From the human T2T-CHM13v2.0 reference genome, Homo sapiens: a stretch of DNA of 64,000 nucleotides. Positions 12,633-24,620 of the stretch are shown one piece after another. Position numbers and translations under genes: made by a program. The stretch's first letter is position 1; every line of letters begins with the position of its first letter. The stretch is from NCBI RefSeq assembly GCF_009914755.1, contig NC_060926.1; one strand, 5' to 3'. The notes beneath the pieces are model-generated. The model saw nothing but the letters and a program-made list of their open reading frames with translations, was not told where the DNA came from and did not search any database.

Positions 12633-13478
12633 TAGAAGGTCCTTGAATAACATTGTTTCCTTCAACATCAGTTTGTTTTAATATCAATGAGAAAAATTGT
12701 TTCTCTGCTGAGGCCACTGTCTATGTGGAGTTTTCATGTTCTATTCACATATGCGTGGGTTTTCTCCAGGTACTCTTGTTACTTCCCACATTCCAAAGAT
12801 GTGACCATTCAGTTAACTAGCCTGTCTAAATGGTCCAGACTGAATGAGTATGGGTGTGTGTGAGTGCTCTGCAATGGGATGGAATCCTGTCCAGGGTGGG
12901 TTCCTATCTTGCACCCTAAGGTGTTGGGATAGGTTTGGCCACCTAAGACCCTGAACTGGATGAAGTGGGTTGGGAAATCAATGAATGAATGAATATAAAT
13001 GATTGTAAAATAAAAATTCATAAAGTCTAGAGTAATCACACAAATACATGACAATAAATGATGTGGTATGAAAGTGCTCATCAATCCCTCCATATTTGTG
13101 ATTGTTTTTGTGCTGTGTGGTGATAGGAGGTGCTCCTTACAATTTTCACTTGGCAAACATTTATTCTTTGATTTAAGAAACCCACTACCACTACAACTGC
13201 CATCACTACTGGGTCAACAAAAATTGAGTAAATAATTATCTAACTTGTTTTTATTGATCTTCAATGAATGTATAGCTCACATTTATTGCAGTGCTTAATA
13301 TTAAAAGTGTTTTAGGTCTTCATTTAGAAGTTTGATGATGTTTTTTGTGACCAGAAGTATGCCATAGGAACTTTTGTTTATATCAATTAGCCTATTGTAA
13401 AATTGGTTGTGTTATATGTCATTTTGCTTAAAGTTGCAATTTCCAAGAACCTATTGTCAACGTTGTGAGGATTTACTG
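12633..13478 (+). mobile_element. MER6 (non-autonomous Tigger-family DNA transposon)
   Basis: Ends 'tagaaggtccttgaataac' / 'gttgtgaggatttactg' flanked by TA; internal 'gccactgtctatgtggagtttt...gcgtgggttttctccaggtact'; ~850 bp. Confidence 0.9.
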
Positions 13479-13782
13479 TAATTCAATTACGCAGTTACAA
13501 AATTATACCTTGACTTTTATCACTATTTTTTTAAATTATAATTTTAATGTTGAGTTAATGGTAAAACCATATGGACTAATTACTTCAAGTTGCTTAAAAC
13601 ATGATAATTTGATTGTTCATCTCAGGGACAAAGAACTGTAAAACATCAGAAACTGTTTTCTATAATCACACTATTTAGCATAGTTTTGATTTCGTTATTC
13701 TGAGGCCATTGTATATAAACTGTAGGATAAACCACATGAATAATTAGGAGAACTATAAATTTCAGTTTGGGAGAAAGACTGT

Positions 13783-14135
13783 TGTATTAGTCTATTTTCA
13801 TGCTGCTGATAAAGACATAACTGAGACTGGGTAATTTATAAAGAGAAAGGGGTTTAATGGACTCACAGTTCCATGTGGCCTCACAATCATGATGGAAGGT
13901 GAAAGGCATGCCTTACATGGTGGCAGATAAGAGAGAATGAGACCCAAGTGAAAGGGTAAATCCCTTATAAAATAATAAGATCTCATGACACTTATTCGCT
14001 ACCATGAGAACAGTATGGGGGAAACCACCCTCATGATTCAGTTATCTCTCAGTGTGTCTCTCTCACAACATGTGGAAATTATGGGAGTTATAATTCAAGA
14101 TGAGATTTGGGTGGGGACACAGCCAAAACATATCA
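13783..14135 (-). mobile_element. THE1B-like solo LTR
   Basis: 'tgtattagtc...gctgctgataaagacata' to 'gggtggggacacagccaaaacatatca'. Confidence 0.92.
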
Positions 14136-14350
14136 GCTATCCAGGTATAATATCAGCATTTAACTAAACCCTGTAGTCCTGAATTTGAATTGTAAGTATT
14201 AGTATGAACTCAGAATACATTTCATCTTAAAAACTGAACTAAACAAAGCAAAAGTCAAACATCCACTTACCTCTAAGTGGATAAATTAGAGGTAATTCAT
14301 CTAATGAAAAGGCCCCAAAACAATGGCCAACAGAGTAGCAGAGATCACTC

Positions 14351-16699
14351 TGTATTATTCAGTTTTCACACTGCTATAAAGAACTACCTGAGACTGGGTA
14401 ATTTATGAAGAAAAAAGATTTAATTGATTCACAGTTCTGCATGGCCAGGGAGGCCTCAGGAAACTTAAATCATGGAAGGTTGGGGAAGCAAGGACCTTCT
14501 TCACATGGTGGCAAGAGAGGGTCAGGGGGAACTGCCAAATACTTTTAAACCATCAGATTTCACAAGAACTCACCCACTGTCATGAGAACAGCATGAGGGA
14601 AGCTGCACCCATGATCCAATCACCTCCCACCATGTCCCTCCCTTGCCACATGGGGATTACAATTCAACATGAGATTTGGGTGAGGACACAGAGCCAAAAC
14701 ATATCATTCCACCCCTAGCCCCTCCCAAATCTCATATCCTTTTTACATTTCAAAACCAATCATGCCTTCCAACAGTCCCTCAAAGTCTTAACTCATTCCA
14801 GCATTAACTCAAAAGTCTAAGTCCAAAGTCTCACCTGAGACAAGGCAAGCCCTTTTCACCTATAAGCCTGTAAAATAAAAGACAAGTTAATTACTTGCAA
14901 GATACAATGGGATACAGGTATTGGGTAAATGTTCCCATTCCAAACTGGAGAAATTGGCCAAAACAAAGTGGTCAGAGGCCCCATGCAAGTCCGAAACCAG
15001 GCAAGGCACTCATTAAATCTTAAAGTTCCCAAATAATTTCCTTTGACTCCATGTCTCACATCCAGGGGACACTGATGCAAAAGATGGGTTCCCAAGGTGT
15101 TGGGCAGTTCTGCCTCTGTGGCTCTGCAGGTTACAGCCCCCAAACCTCCTTTCACAGGCTGATATTGAATGCCTGTGGCTTTTCCAGATGCACGGTGCAA
15201 GCTGTCAATTGATCTACCATTCCAGGGTCTGGACAACTGTGCCCTTCCTCTCATAGTTTCACTAGGGAGTGTCCCAGCAGGGACTCTGTGTGGAGGGTCC
15301 AACCCCACATTTCCCTTCTGCATTGCCCTAGCAGGCATTCTCCATGAGGGCTTGGCCTCTACAGTGACTTTTGCCTGGACATGCAGGCATTTTTGTACAT
15401 CTTCTGAAATCTAGGCAGAGGCTCTCAAACCTCAAATCTTGTTTTCTGTGCACCCACAGCCCCGGCGCAACCTGGAAGCTGCCAAGACTTGGGATTTTCA
15501 CCCTTTAAAACAATGGCCTGTGCTGTACATGAGATCCTTTTAGCCACAGTTGGAGCTGGAGTGGCTGGAATGCAGGGTGCCATATCCCAAGGCTGCACAG
15601 AGCAGGGGGCCTTGAGCCTGGCCCATGAAACAATTTTTCCCTCATAGGCCTCTGGGCCTGTTAGGGAGGAGCTTCTGTGAAGATCCCTGAAATGTCCTGG
15701 AAACATTTTTTTCCATTATCTTGGCTGTTAACATTCTGCTTCTTATTACTTAGGCAAATTTCTATAGCAGGCTTGAATTTCTTTCCAGAAAATGGGTTTA
15801 TCTTTTCTACCACATGGTACAGCTGCAAATTTTCCAAATGTGTACACTCTGCTTCCCTTGTAAACATAAGTTGCAATTTCGAATCATCTCTTTGTGAACA
15901 CATATGACTGTGTGCTTTCAGAAAGAGCCAGGTCACATCTTGAAAGCTTTGCTGCTTAGAAATATCTTCTGCCAGATACCCTAAATTATCTCTCTCAAGT
16001 TCAAAGTTCCACAGATCTGTAGGGCAGGGGCAAAATGCCACCAGTCTCTTTGCTAAAGCATAACAAGAGTGACCTTTGCTCCAGTTTTTAGTAAGTTCCT
16101 CATCTCCATCTGAGACTACCTCAGCCTGGCCTTATTGTCCATATCACTATCAACATTTGGTCACAATCATTTATTAAGTCTCTAGGAAGTGCCAAACTTT
16201 CCCACATCTTTATGTCTTCTTCTGGCCCTTCAAACTATTCTAACTTCTTCCCATTACCTTGTTCTAAATTTACTTCACATTTTTCAGGTTATCTTTATAT
16301 CAGTATCTTACTCCTGGTACCAATTTTCTGTATTTTGTCTATTTTCACACTGCTATAAAGAACTATCCAAGACTAGGTAATTTATGAAGAAAAAAGGTTT
16401 AATGGACTCACAGTTCTGCATGGCTGGGGAAGCCCCAGGAAACTTACAGTCATGGTAGAAGATAAAGGGGAAGCAAGGACCTTTTCTACATGGTGGCAGG
16501 AGGGGATGGGGTTGGTGGGGGGGACTGCCAAACACTTTTAAACCATCAGGTCTCTTGAGAACTCACTCACTGTCATGAGAACAGCATGGGGGAAACTGCC
16601 CCCATGATCCAATCACCTCCCATCAGGTCTCTCTCTCAAGACATGGGAATTACAATTTGAGATGAGATTTGGGTGGGAACACAGAGCCAAAACATATCA
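14351..16699 (-). mobile_element. Full-length THE1D-like MaLR (LTR 14351-14706, internal 14707-16328, LTR 16329-16699)
   Basis: Two direct LTRs flank a ~1.6 kb THE1/MST-type internal region; perfect 5-bp TSD CACTC (14346-50 / 16700-04). Confidence 0.95.
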
Positions 16700-16739
16700 C
16701 ACTCCTATTGCATGAGTTCTTTCATCACCTATGAAAGAA

Positions 16740-17520
16740 ATCAGGGGTGTTTGGAGAAATGGCTAGTATATAAAATGAGCCTTGAATGTCTTGCTAAACA
16801 AAACTGAGGAAACGATCAGAGGACTCAGAAGCCATTATTAAGAGACTTCCACTGGCAAAAGATGAAATAGATTGAGCATCACTAAGACTAATACCATGAG
16901 TTTTTTATTATACTAAAATCATTGGTCACATTTGGAAGATACTAGAGAGATGATATATTATTTTCAAAAATGGTAAATAAAGGGAAATAATTGAGCGTTT
17001 CTCTTGCCTTTCATTTATAAATCCATACACCAGGGCAATCAAATAGTTGATGTGAGAACATTTCTCTATATAGAATTTCCAGCTAACAACTGAAGAAGGA
17101 GCAATAGATTCAGAGCATCACCATTTTGGAAACCTTAATGAAGTAATGAATGTAATCAAGGATTATCAGCAGAGGTTAACATGCAAAATGAGAAACAACC
17201 AGATATTTTATGCCTTATGGTTGTGCTCAACATAACCTGTGAAATATTTTTGCCAAAGTTCAACCCTGAATATGATTACTCCTCTAGATCTAGCTACTAA
17301 TTTGTGGGAAACACATGATATGGGACTGTCTTATGCAGTGTCTAATCATCAAGATTCAGACTCTGGGAAACTGTAGAAGTAACCCAGTTTCTTCAACAAA
17401 CTAATTTCAATGAAAAAAAAAGAGTAAGTTATAGATTAAAAGAAAATTAAGAAACAAAATGATTTGAAATGTGTACCTTATTTGGATTCTGATTCCTACA
17501 AACAAACTATAAACTACTTA
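16740..17520 (+). mobile_element. L1MC-type 3'UTR
   Basis: 'ttggagaaatggct', 'gagacttccactggcaaaagatg', 'gagcatcaccatttt', 'cccagtttcttcaacaaa'. Confidence 0.6.
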
Positions 17521-17875
17521 CCTGCATATTGCTTTACTGGGAAAAATCTTAGCAGATGATACTTCCTTACATTTGTAGAGTAGAATGTATTTTATGTCTT
17601 TTATTAGTATAGATGACTGGCCCTATATCATCTAATAGATAGTCCTTTTCATCATGGAGATGAATTATTGTGGGTCCAGAGTTTTGTATATGTCTCTAAT
17701 CCTGCTAGGGAGTCCAATCATACCCTTGTGGTCCTATACTTCAGCCACACAGGCTGCAGCTTTAGTGACATCACACGTGTGGAAACCCTCTCTAGAGGCT
17801 CACCAGACCAATATTTCTCCTGAACTTTCAATACATTATGATAGATGGCACACTCAGAGTAATTGTAGTTTAATA

Positions 17876-19300
17876 AATTCTCTTCAATAAATGGTTCTGG
17901 AAAAACAATATCTATATGCAGAAGAATAGAAGAAGACTGCCCACTTCTAACAATATACAAAAATCAAATGAAAATTAAAGAATTAAATCTAAGACCCTGA
18001 GCTATGAAGCTACTACAAGAAAACTTTGGGAAAAATCTTCAGGACATTGACCTGGGCAAAGATTTTTTGAGTAATACTCCATAAGTACAGGCAACCAAAG
18101 CAAAAAATGAACAAATGGGATCACATCAAGTTAAAAAGCTTCCACACAACAAAGAAAACAATCAAAGTGAAGAGACAACCCACAGAATGGGAGAAAATAT
18201 TTGCAAACTACCCATTTGAATGGGATTAATAATCAGAATATATGAGGAGCTCAAACAACTCTATAGAAAAAAATATAATAATCTGATCAAAAAATGGGCA
18301 AAAGATTTGAGTAGACATTCCTCAAAAGAAGACATGCAAATGGTAAACATATTGCGAAGTACTCAACATCACTGATCATCAGAGAAATGCAGATCAAAAA
18401 CTACAATGAGATATCATCTCATCTCAATTAAAATGTTTTCTTTTTCCAAAAGAGAGGCAATAACTAATGCTGGTGAGAATGGGAAGAAAAAAAGAATCCT
18501 CATGCACTGTTGGTGGGAATATAAACTAGTAAAACCACTGTGGAGAACAGTTTGGAGTTTCCTCAAAAAACTAAAAATGGAGCTACTATATAATCCAGCA
18601 ATTTCACGCCTGGGTATATACCCAAAAGAAAATAAATCCATGTATCAAAGAAATATTTGCACTTTCATATTTGTTGTAGCAATGTTCACAATAGTCAAGA
18701 TTTGGAAGCAACCTGAGTCCACAAACAGATAAATGAATAAAGAAAATGTACTATACACAATGGAGTTACTATTCAGCCATGAAAAAGAATGAGATGCTAT
18801 CATTTGCAACAACATAGATGGAACTGGAAGTCATTGTGTTAAGTGAAATAAGCCAGAAACAGAAAGACAAACATCACATGTCCTCACTTATTTGTGGGAT
18901 CTAAAAATCAGAACACTTGAACTCATGGACATAGAGAGTAGAAGGATGATTACCAGAGGCTGGGAAGGGTAGTGGGAGGAAGGTGGGTGTTGGGGTGAAG
19001 GATGTGGGGATGGTTAATGGGTACAAAAAATTGAATGAATAAGGCCTACTATTTGATAGCACAACAGGCTGACTACAGCCAATAATAGTTTAACTGTACA
19101 TTTTAAAATAACTAAGAGTATAATTGGATTGTTTGTAACACAAAGATAAACGCTTGAGGGGATGGATGTCTCATTTTCCATTATGTGATTATTACACATT
19201 GCATGCCTATATAAAACATCTCATATCTCATGCACCCCATCAATATAAACACCTACTGTGTATCCACAAAAATTAAAAATAAAAATTATTTTAAAAAATA
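17876..19300 (+). mobile_element. 5'-truncated L1MA1/2
   Basis: ORF2 C-terminal remnants (e.g. ORF 18406-18732 '[23 protein letters not shown]') and L1MA2-type 3'UTR 'gatagcacaacagg...ataattggattgtttgtaacacaaag' with an A-rich tail. Confidence 0.9.
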
Positions 19301-19311
19301 AAGAGAATATC

Positions 19312-19603
19312 GGCCGGGCGTGGTGGCTCACGCCTGTAATCCCAGCACTTCGGGAGGCCGAGGCGGGTGGATCACGAGGTCAGGAGATCGAGACCATGGT
19401 GAAACCCCATCTCTACTAAAAAATACAAAAAATTAGCTGGGCGCCCTGGCGGGCACCTGTAATCCCAGCTACTCAGGAGGCTGAGGCAGGAGAATGGCAT
19501 GAACTCAGGAGGGGGAGCTTGCAGTGAGCCAAGATTGTGCCACTGCACTCCAGCCTGAGCGACAGAGCAAGACTCTGTCTCAAAAAAAAAAAAAAAAAAA
19601 AAA
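19312..19603 (+). mobile_element. AluY with a 12-bp left-arm deletion (AluYd-like)
   Basis: 'ggccgggcg' start, AluY diagnostics 'caggagatcgagacc' and 'ggagcttgcagtgag'; 'gagaccatggtgaaacccc' lacks CCTGGCTAACAC; A tail; TSD 'agaatatc'. Confidence 0.95.
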
Positions 19604-21013
19604 AGAATATCAAGAAATAAATGGTCAGGGTTTAGGGAAACCAGCAAGAGATGGTGTATCCCACACTTGTCAAGGCAAGAAACACCATGTAGATTGCCAT
19701 AATCCACACTGGCCTCATTGAGGATAGCCTTCAGTAGAAGGAAAAGGGTAAATCCATCTATAATCACTATTAGATGATTCTTTTCAATATGGAGAAGTGG
19801 AATAAGTTAGAGAGTCCCTGGGAAGAAAAATTACCTCTTATTCATTAAGAATATTGTATTTGATACTTTTCTTTGCCCTCCAAGACTCTTTAGTCTTCTG
19901 CCTCATTCTGGAGATGTTAAACCAACTGAGTTCTGGAGTGGCTAGTCTGACAATGAGTACACATTTTGCAAGTTACAGCTTCCTCATATTTTAAAATACC
20001 CGATTTTAAAAAAGTTTGAATTCTATGTCCATTGACATTATCACAATAATTTTCACCATATTTGTCAGTGGATGAAAAGAAGAACTATTAGATTTAAAAA
20101 ATTCAGTTGTAACTTCTTAATGTTGAATTGAAGGTTGAAAGAGTTTTATTTTTGTCTCTGTCTTACAAAACAATATTTCTCATCTATAGACAGTATTTGG
20201 AATGTGAAGAGAATATTCTAAATAATGGACTGTGTATAGCCATTTAAAACCCCAAACTTGTGTTTGCAGAATCAAGCTCAAAGTTACTAAAGTTTTTGAA
20301 GTATTTGCTTGAATGTTTTAAACATATTTAATATTATACATCTTCCCTAATAGTCTTTTTTCTTATAATTATATAATGTAAAGAAATAGAATACATTTGC
20401 ATCAAACCATCTAAATATTCCCCTAAATCACCACCAGTTTATACCAGCATAATATTGAATTTTGTCATTTGCTATATATGTCTTGAAATAAAAACCTTTG
20501 CGAAGTACCACAACAGATTGCATTAAGAGCACAGGATTGACTTAAGGGAAAATTTCTCCCAGGTTTCAGCGGAGCTGCCTTTCACTCGGGTTTCTCACTG
20601 TCAGAAAAAGGGTTACAAATTAAGGAAGCAGGGTAGATCTAAAATAAACTCTGTGGTGTTGGATTTGAAGTTGAGGTATCAGTGTGCTCTGATGGCTTTT
20701 CAAACAGTTGGATATAAAGATAAATGTTAAAGCAGATATATACAGGAATGTATCTGGGTATCTGTGTATATGCATTTATATATATCCTAGCCTATGGGCT
20801 GAGCAGGACTTAACGCGATAAAGCCCGAGTACAAATAAGCAGTTACCACCCAGCTCTTGGTTCTAAATACCACTCTCTAATGAAAGGAACCAGAACTCCT
20901 TGGACAAATGGTGGATTTTAGGGCTTGAATAAGGAAAGAACAAGATTGATCTGGAACATATTCTGGTGCCAAAAAATAAAAAAGTGCTAAAAAATGGTGG
21001 AGACATGTTAAAG

Positions 21014-21539
21014 TGGAGATCCCCAAACTTTTTCGCACCAGGGACCAGTTTTGTGGAAGAGAATTTTTCCATGGACAAGGTGTGTGTGTAGGTTTTGGGA
21101 TGATTCAAGTGCATTACATTCATTGTGCACTTTATTTCTATTATTATTACATTGTAATATGTAATGAAATAATTATACAACTCATTATAATGTAGAATCA
21201 GTGGGAGCCCTGAGCTTTTTTTCCTGCAACTAGATGGTCCCATCTGGGGGTGAGGGAAGATAGTAATAGATCATCAGGCATTAGATTCTCTTAAGGAGGT
21301 CACAACCTAGATCCCTTGTGTATGCAGTTTACAACAGGATTTGTGCTCCTATGAGAATCTAATGCCGTCACTGATCTGACAGGAGGTGGAGCATAGGTAG
21401 TAATGCGAGCAATGGGGAGCAGTTGTAAATACAGATGAAGCTTCGCCCGCTTGCTAGCCACTAGCCTCCTGCCGTGCAGCCCAGTTCCTAAGAGACCACG
21501 GGTGGGTACCAGTACATGGCATGGAGGTTGGGACCCCTG
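21014..21539 (+). mobile_element. MER1A (hAT-Charlie) DNA transposon
   Basis: ~525 bp, TIR-like ends 'tggagatccccaa' / 'ttgggacccctg', perfect 8-bp TSD TGTTAAAG (21006-13 / 21540-47). Confidence 0.93.
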
Positions 21540-21953
21540 TGTTAAAGGATATAGGAGCCAACTTGAAGTCAATCTCAATGGCCAAATCAGCAACAAAATA
21601 AATGGTGATAATAATGGATTATAACCCATTGAATAAAATGTGAATCCGAGTCAAGAGTGATATAAATAATTTTCAAAAGTCAAGGGAGAGAAGAGAAAGC
21701 TTTTCTTTATAGTAACATCCCAAATAATAAGTATAAAAGAATAGTGGGAAGAGGAAATTTTCATTTGGCAAATACCACATTAATAATTGCTTCAGCAAGA
21801 GTCATCAATGGATGCTAAAATTAGTGGCTGAAAATGTGACAGAAAACAGAATATCGAGACCATGTAGTCCCAATTTTTCTCCCTGTAACATATGTATTAA
21901 TTACAAAGGTAAACGTAGTAATTTTATGATGGAGAAACCAGACAGACTCCACC

Positions 21954-22426
21954 TGGAATAGGTTGAATTGTGTTCCCCCTTCTTAAATTCATACGTTAAA
22001 TTTTTAACTCCCAGAATCTCACAATGTGACCTTATTTGAAAATAGAGTCATTGCAGATGTAATTAGTTGAGATGAAGTCATACTGGAGTAGGATGGGCCC
22101 CTAATCTAATCTGATTGGTGTCCTTAAAAAACAGGGAAGTTTAGACATGGATGCAGGCATGTACAGGGAGAATGCATGAGAAAATGAAGGCAAGATTGGA
22201 GTGATGCTTCCATAGGCCAAGGAGCACTAAAGATAGCCAGCAAACCATTGGAACTTAGGGGAGAGGCATGGGACAGGTTCTTTTTGATAGCCCTCAGAAG
22301 GAGCCAACCCTGCCAACACCTTGATCTTGGACATCTAGCTTCCAGAGCTCTGAGATAATACATTTCTATTGTTTAGGCCACTCACTCTGGGGTACTTTGT
22401 TATATCAGCCTTTGAAAACTAATACA
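21954..22426 (+). mobile_element. MLT1C solo LTR
   Basis: 'aatgtgaccttatttgaaaatag...ttgcagatgtaattagtt', 'ccctcagaaggagccaaccctgccaacacc', end 'aaactaataca'. Confidence 0.88.
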
Positions 22427-24039
22427 AAACCTTAAATGAGTGATCAAAGTCACCATCACCAATAATAGAACATTATCTACTGACAATGCACCAAGAAAGA
22501 TGTAACATCACATTTGCGAGACTTTACCCAAAATGAATAACCTAAATGTAATAATAATGAAATGGCAGGCAAGTTCATATTGAGGGATATTCTATAAAAT
22601 AACTGGCCAGTATCATTCGTAAGTGTGAAAGTCATGAAAGACAAAGAAAAACTGAGGACTTGTTTCATATTGGAGGAGGGACAGGAGACATGACACATAG
22701 TGTAAAGGTGGATCTGGATTAGATCCTGGAACAGAAGAGGGCATTAGTGGGACAAATGAAAAACTTTGAATGAAGTCTTTGTGTTAGATTAGCTATTATT
22801 ATTGCGTTAATATTAGTTTTCTCATTTGATAATTATACTATGGTTATATAAGATGCTAATATTTGAGGAATCTTTATGAAGGGTATACAGGAATTCTTTA
22901 TACTATTTTTACAACTTACATGTGAGTGTGAAATTTTTTCAAAGTAAAAAGTTAAGAACATTAAAGCAAAAACAAAGTCATACTATAGATGCAAGACAGC
23001 GGAAAACTTGTTTTTTGGCTTGTAATATTCCTTATCAAAACATCAATGAAGTCTTTTCAATTCTGTGAAGGTGTGGATTAGAAGCAATTCTGAACAGTTA
23101 TATAGCTACTCCCACAGCCTTAGGCAATACTGTATACAAGCTGTCATAGCCCAGTAATTTGACAGAAGATTCAAATATTAATTTCCCTTTCATATAATTT
23201 GAAGATTATTTCTCCAAGTCCTTCTCTTTAATTTTCAAATTATTTTAAGATCCTAAAAAATGAATGAATACTTCTGATTATCCAAAATTGCATTTAAACA
23301 TGGTATAATTAAAGCTACATTTCGGAATCTGAAAGAAGGCTTTTCTACACTGTGTTGATAGGGTCATAAAAATGCTTATTGACCTTTCAGATAACGAGGC
23401 TACAATGGTCATAGATAGAACAGATGGTTTTCTGATGAAACCAAGTGATTTCTCAACATAGGATGTCCTCTTCAACTGTTTCCCTAACAAAGAGAGCTTA
23501 TATCTCCTTTGAGAGATCAATAACATGTTTGGATACATACGATAAAGTAAGACTTTTTATCCTCTTAAAAGTTACAACTTTTAGGCTTCTATGTGCGCTA
23601 GATTTCTCAATTCTTAGTGTTTTTTTTTTTTTTTTTTTTTTTTTTTGGTGAGGTTGGGGTTTGGGAAATGTCTCAAACTATAAATGAACCATATTTAACA
23701 TAGAAACAATTAAATAATTTCTCAGACTGAAATTTCTCAGACTGAAATTGGGTATTTAGTTTTACTACAACAGCAGCTGGCAGACAGCACCTGCCATCTG
23801 GTACAATTAATTTACAGTTAAGCTTCCAAGTTGCTGCTTGCAATTTAGAGCAGGAGAGAGGCTGTACACACATTCAGATGGGTACAGTATTAGAGGAAAC
23901 ATAACCTGTGATGTTTCTCCAAAAGAGTAAAGAGTTACCATGTCTATGTATCCATTCAGGTTGGCATTTCCTTGACTTTCCAAGGGAGTATGATGCATAT
24001 TTTTTTTTTTTTGGTTATATGAATGTATCTATAGCTTCT

Positions 24040-24620
24040 TGTAGTGGACATACATTAAGGTGACCCCTAGTGAGTCATATATTTGTATAATCCTTTCTGC
24101 TGCTGGAGTGTGGGCAGGACCTCTGATTTGTTTGCTTTTTTTTCTTTTTTTTTTTTTCTGACCTCCTTTTAACCAACAGAATACAGCAAAGGTGATGGGA
24201 TGTCACTCCCAGGATTAGGTTACATTATATAAGGCTTCCTCTTAGCAGACTGACTAGAGACACCACTTGCTGGCTCTGGAGAAGTGAGCTTCCGTGTTCT
24301 GAGGGCCTTTAGAGAGACCCACATGGCAAGGAACTGCTGGTGTCCACCAGGAGTTGAGATGGTCCCTGGACACCATCCAGCAATAACACAGGGACCTCAG
24401 TTCTATCTGTCAGCAAACTGGAAGTGGATCTGTCCCAGTAGATCCCAGATGAGAACACAGCCTCAGCTAACACCGTGATTGCTGTTAGTGAGACTGAGAA
24501 GCACAGAATCTAGTTAAGTGTACCAAGACTCCCAACCCAAGGAAACTGTGATGTAATAAATGTGTGTTGTTTTACGCTATTAAGTTTTTGGTAATTTGTT
24601 ACACATCAAGCAAAAACCAA
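24040..24620 (+). mobile_element. MLT1F/G-like LTR
   Basis: 'aaccaacagaatacagcaaaggtgatgggatgtcactcc', 'ccacatggcaaggaactg', 'gaaactgtgatgtaataaatgtgtgttgtttt'. Confidence 0.75.

Larger units (their letters stand above)
20590..22960 (+). mobile_element. L1MC/MD 3'UTR interrupted by MER1A and MLT1C
   Basis: 'ttggttctaaataccact...aaaggaaccagaactccttgga', 'gtgatcaaagtcaccatcaccaataat', 'ggatctggattagatcctggaacagaa'. Confidence 0.7.

Noticed and set aside
14856-16041. 160-aa and 126-aa minus-strand ORFs
   Set aside because: Broken remnants of the THE1/MaLR internal region, not a host gene.
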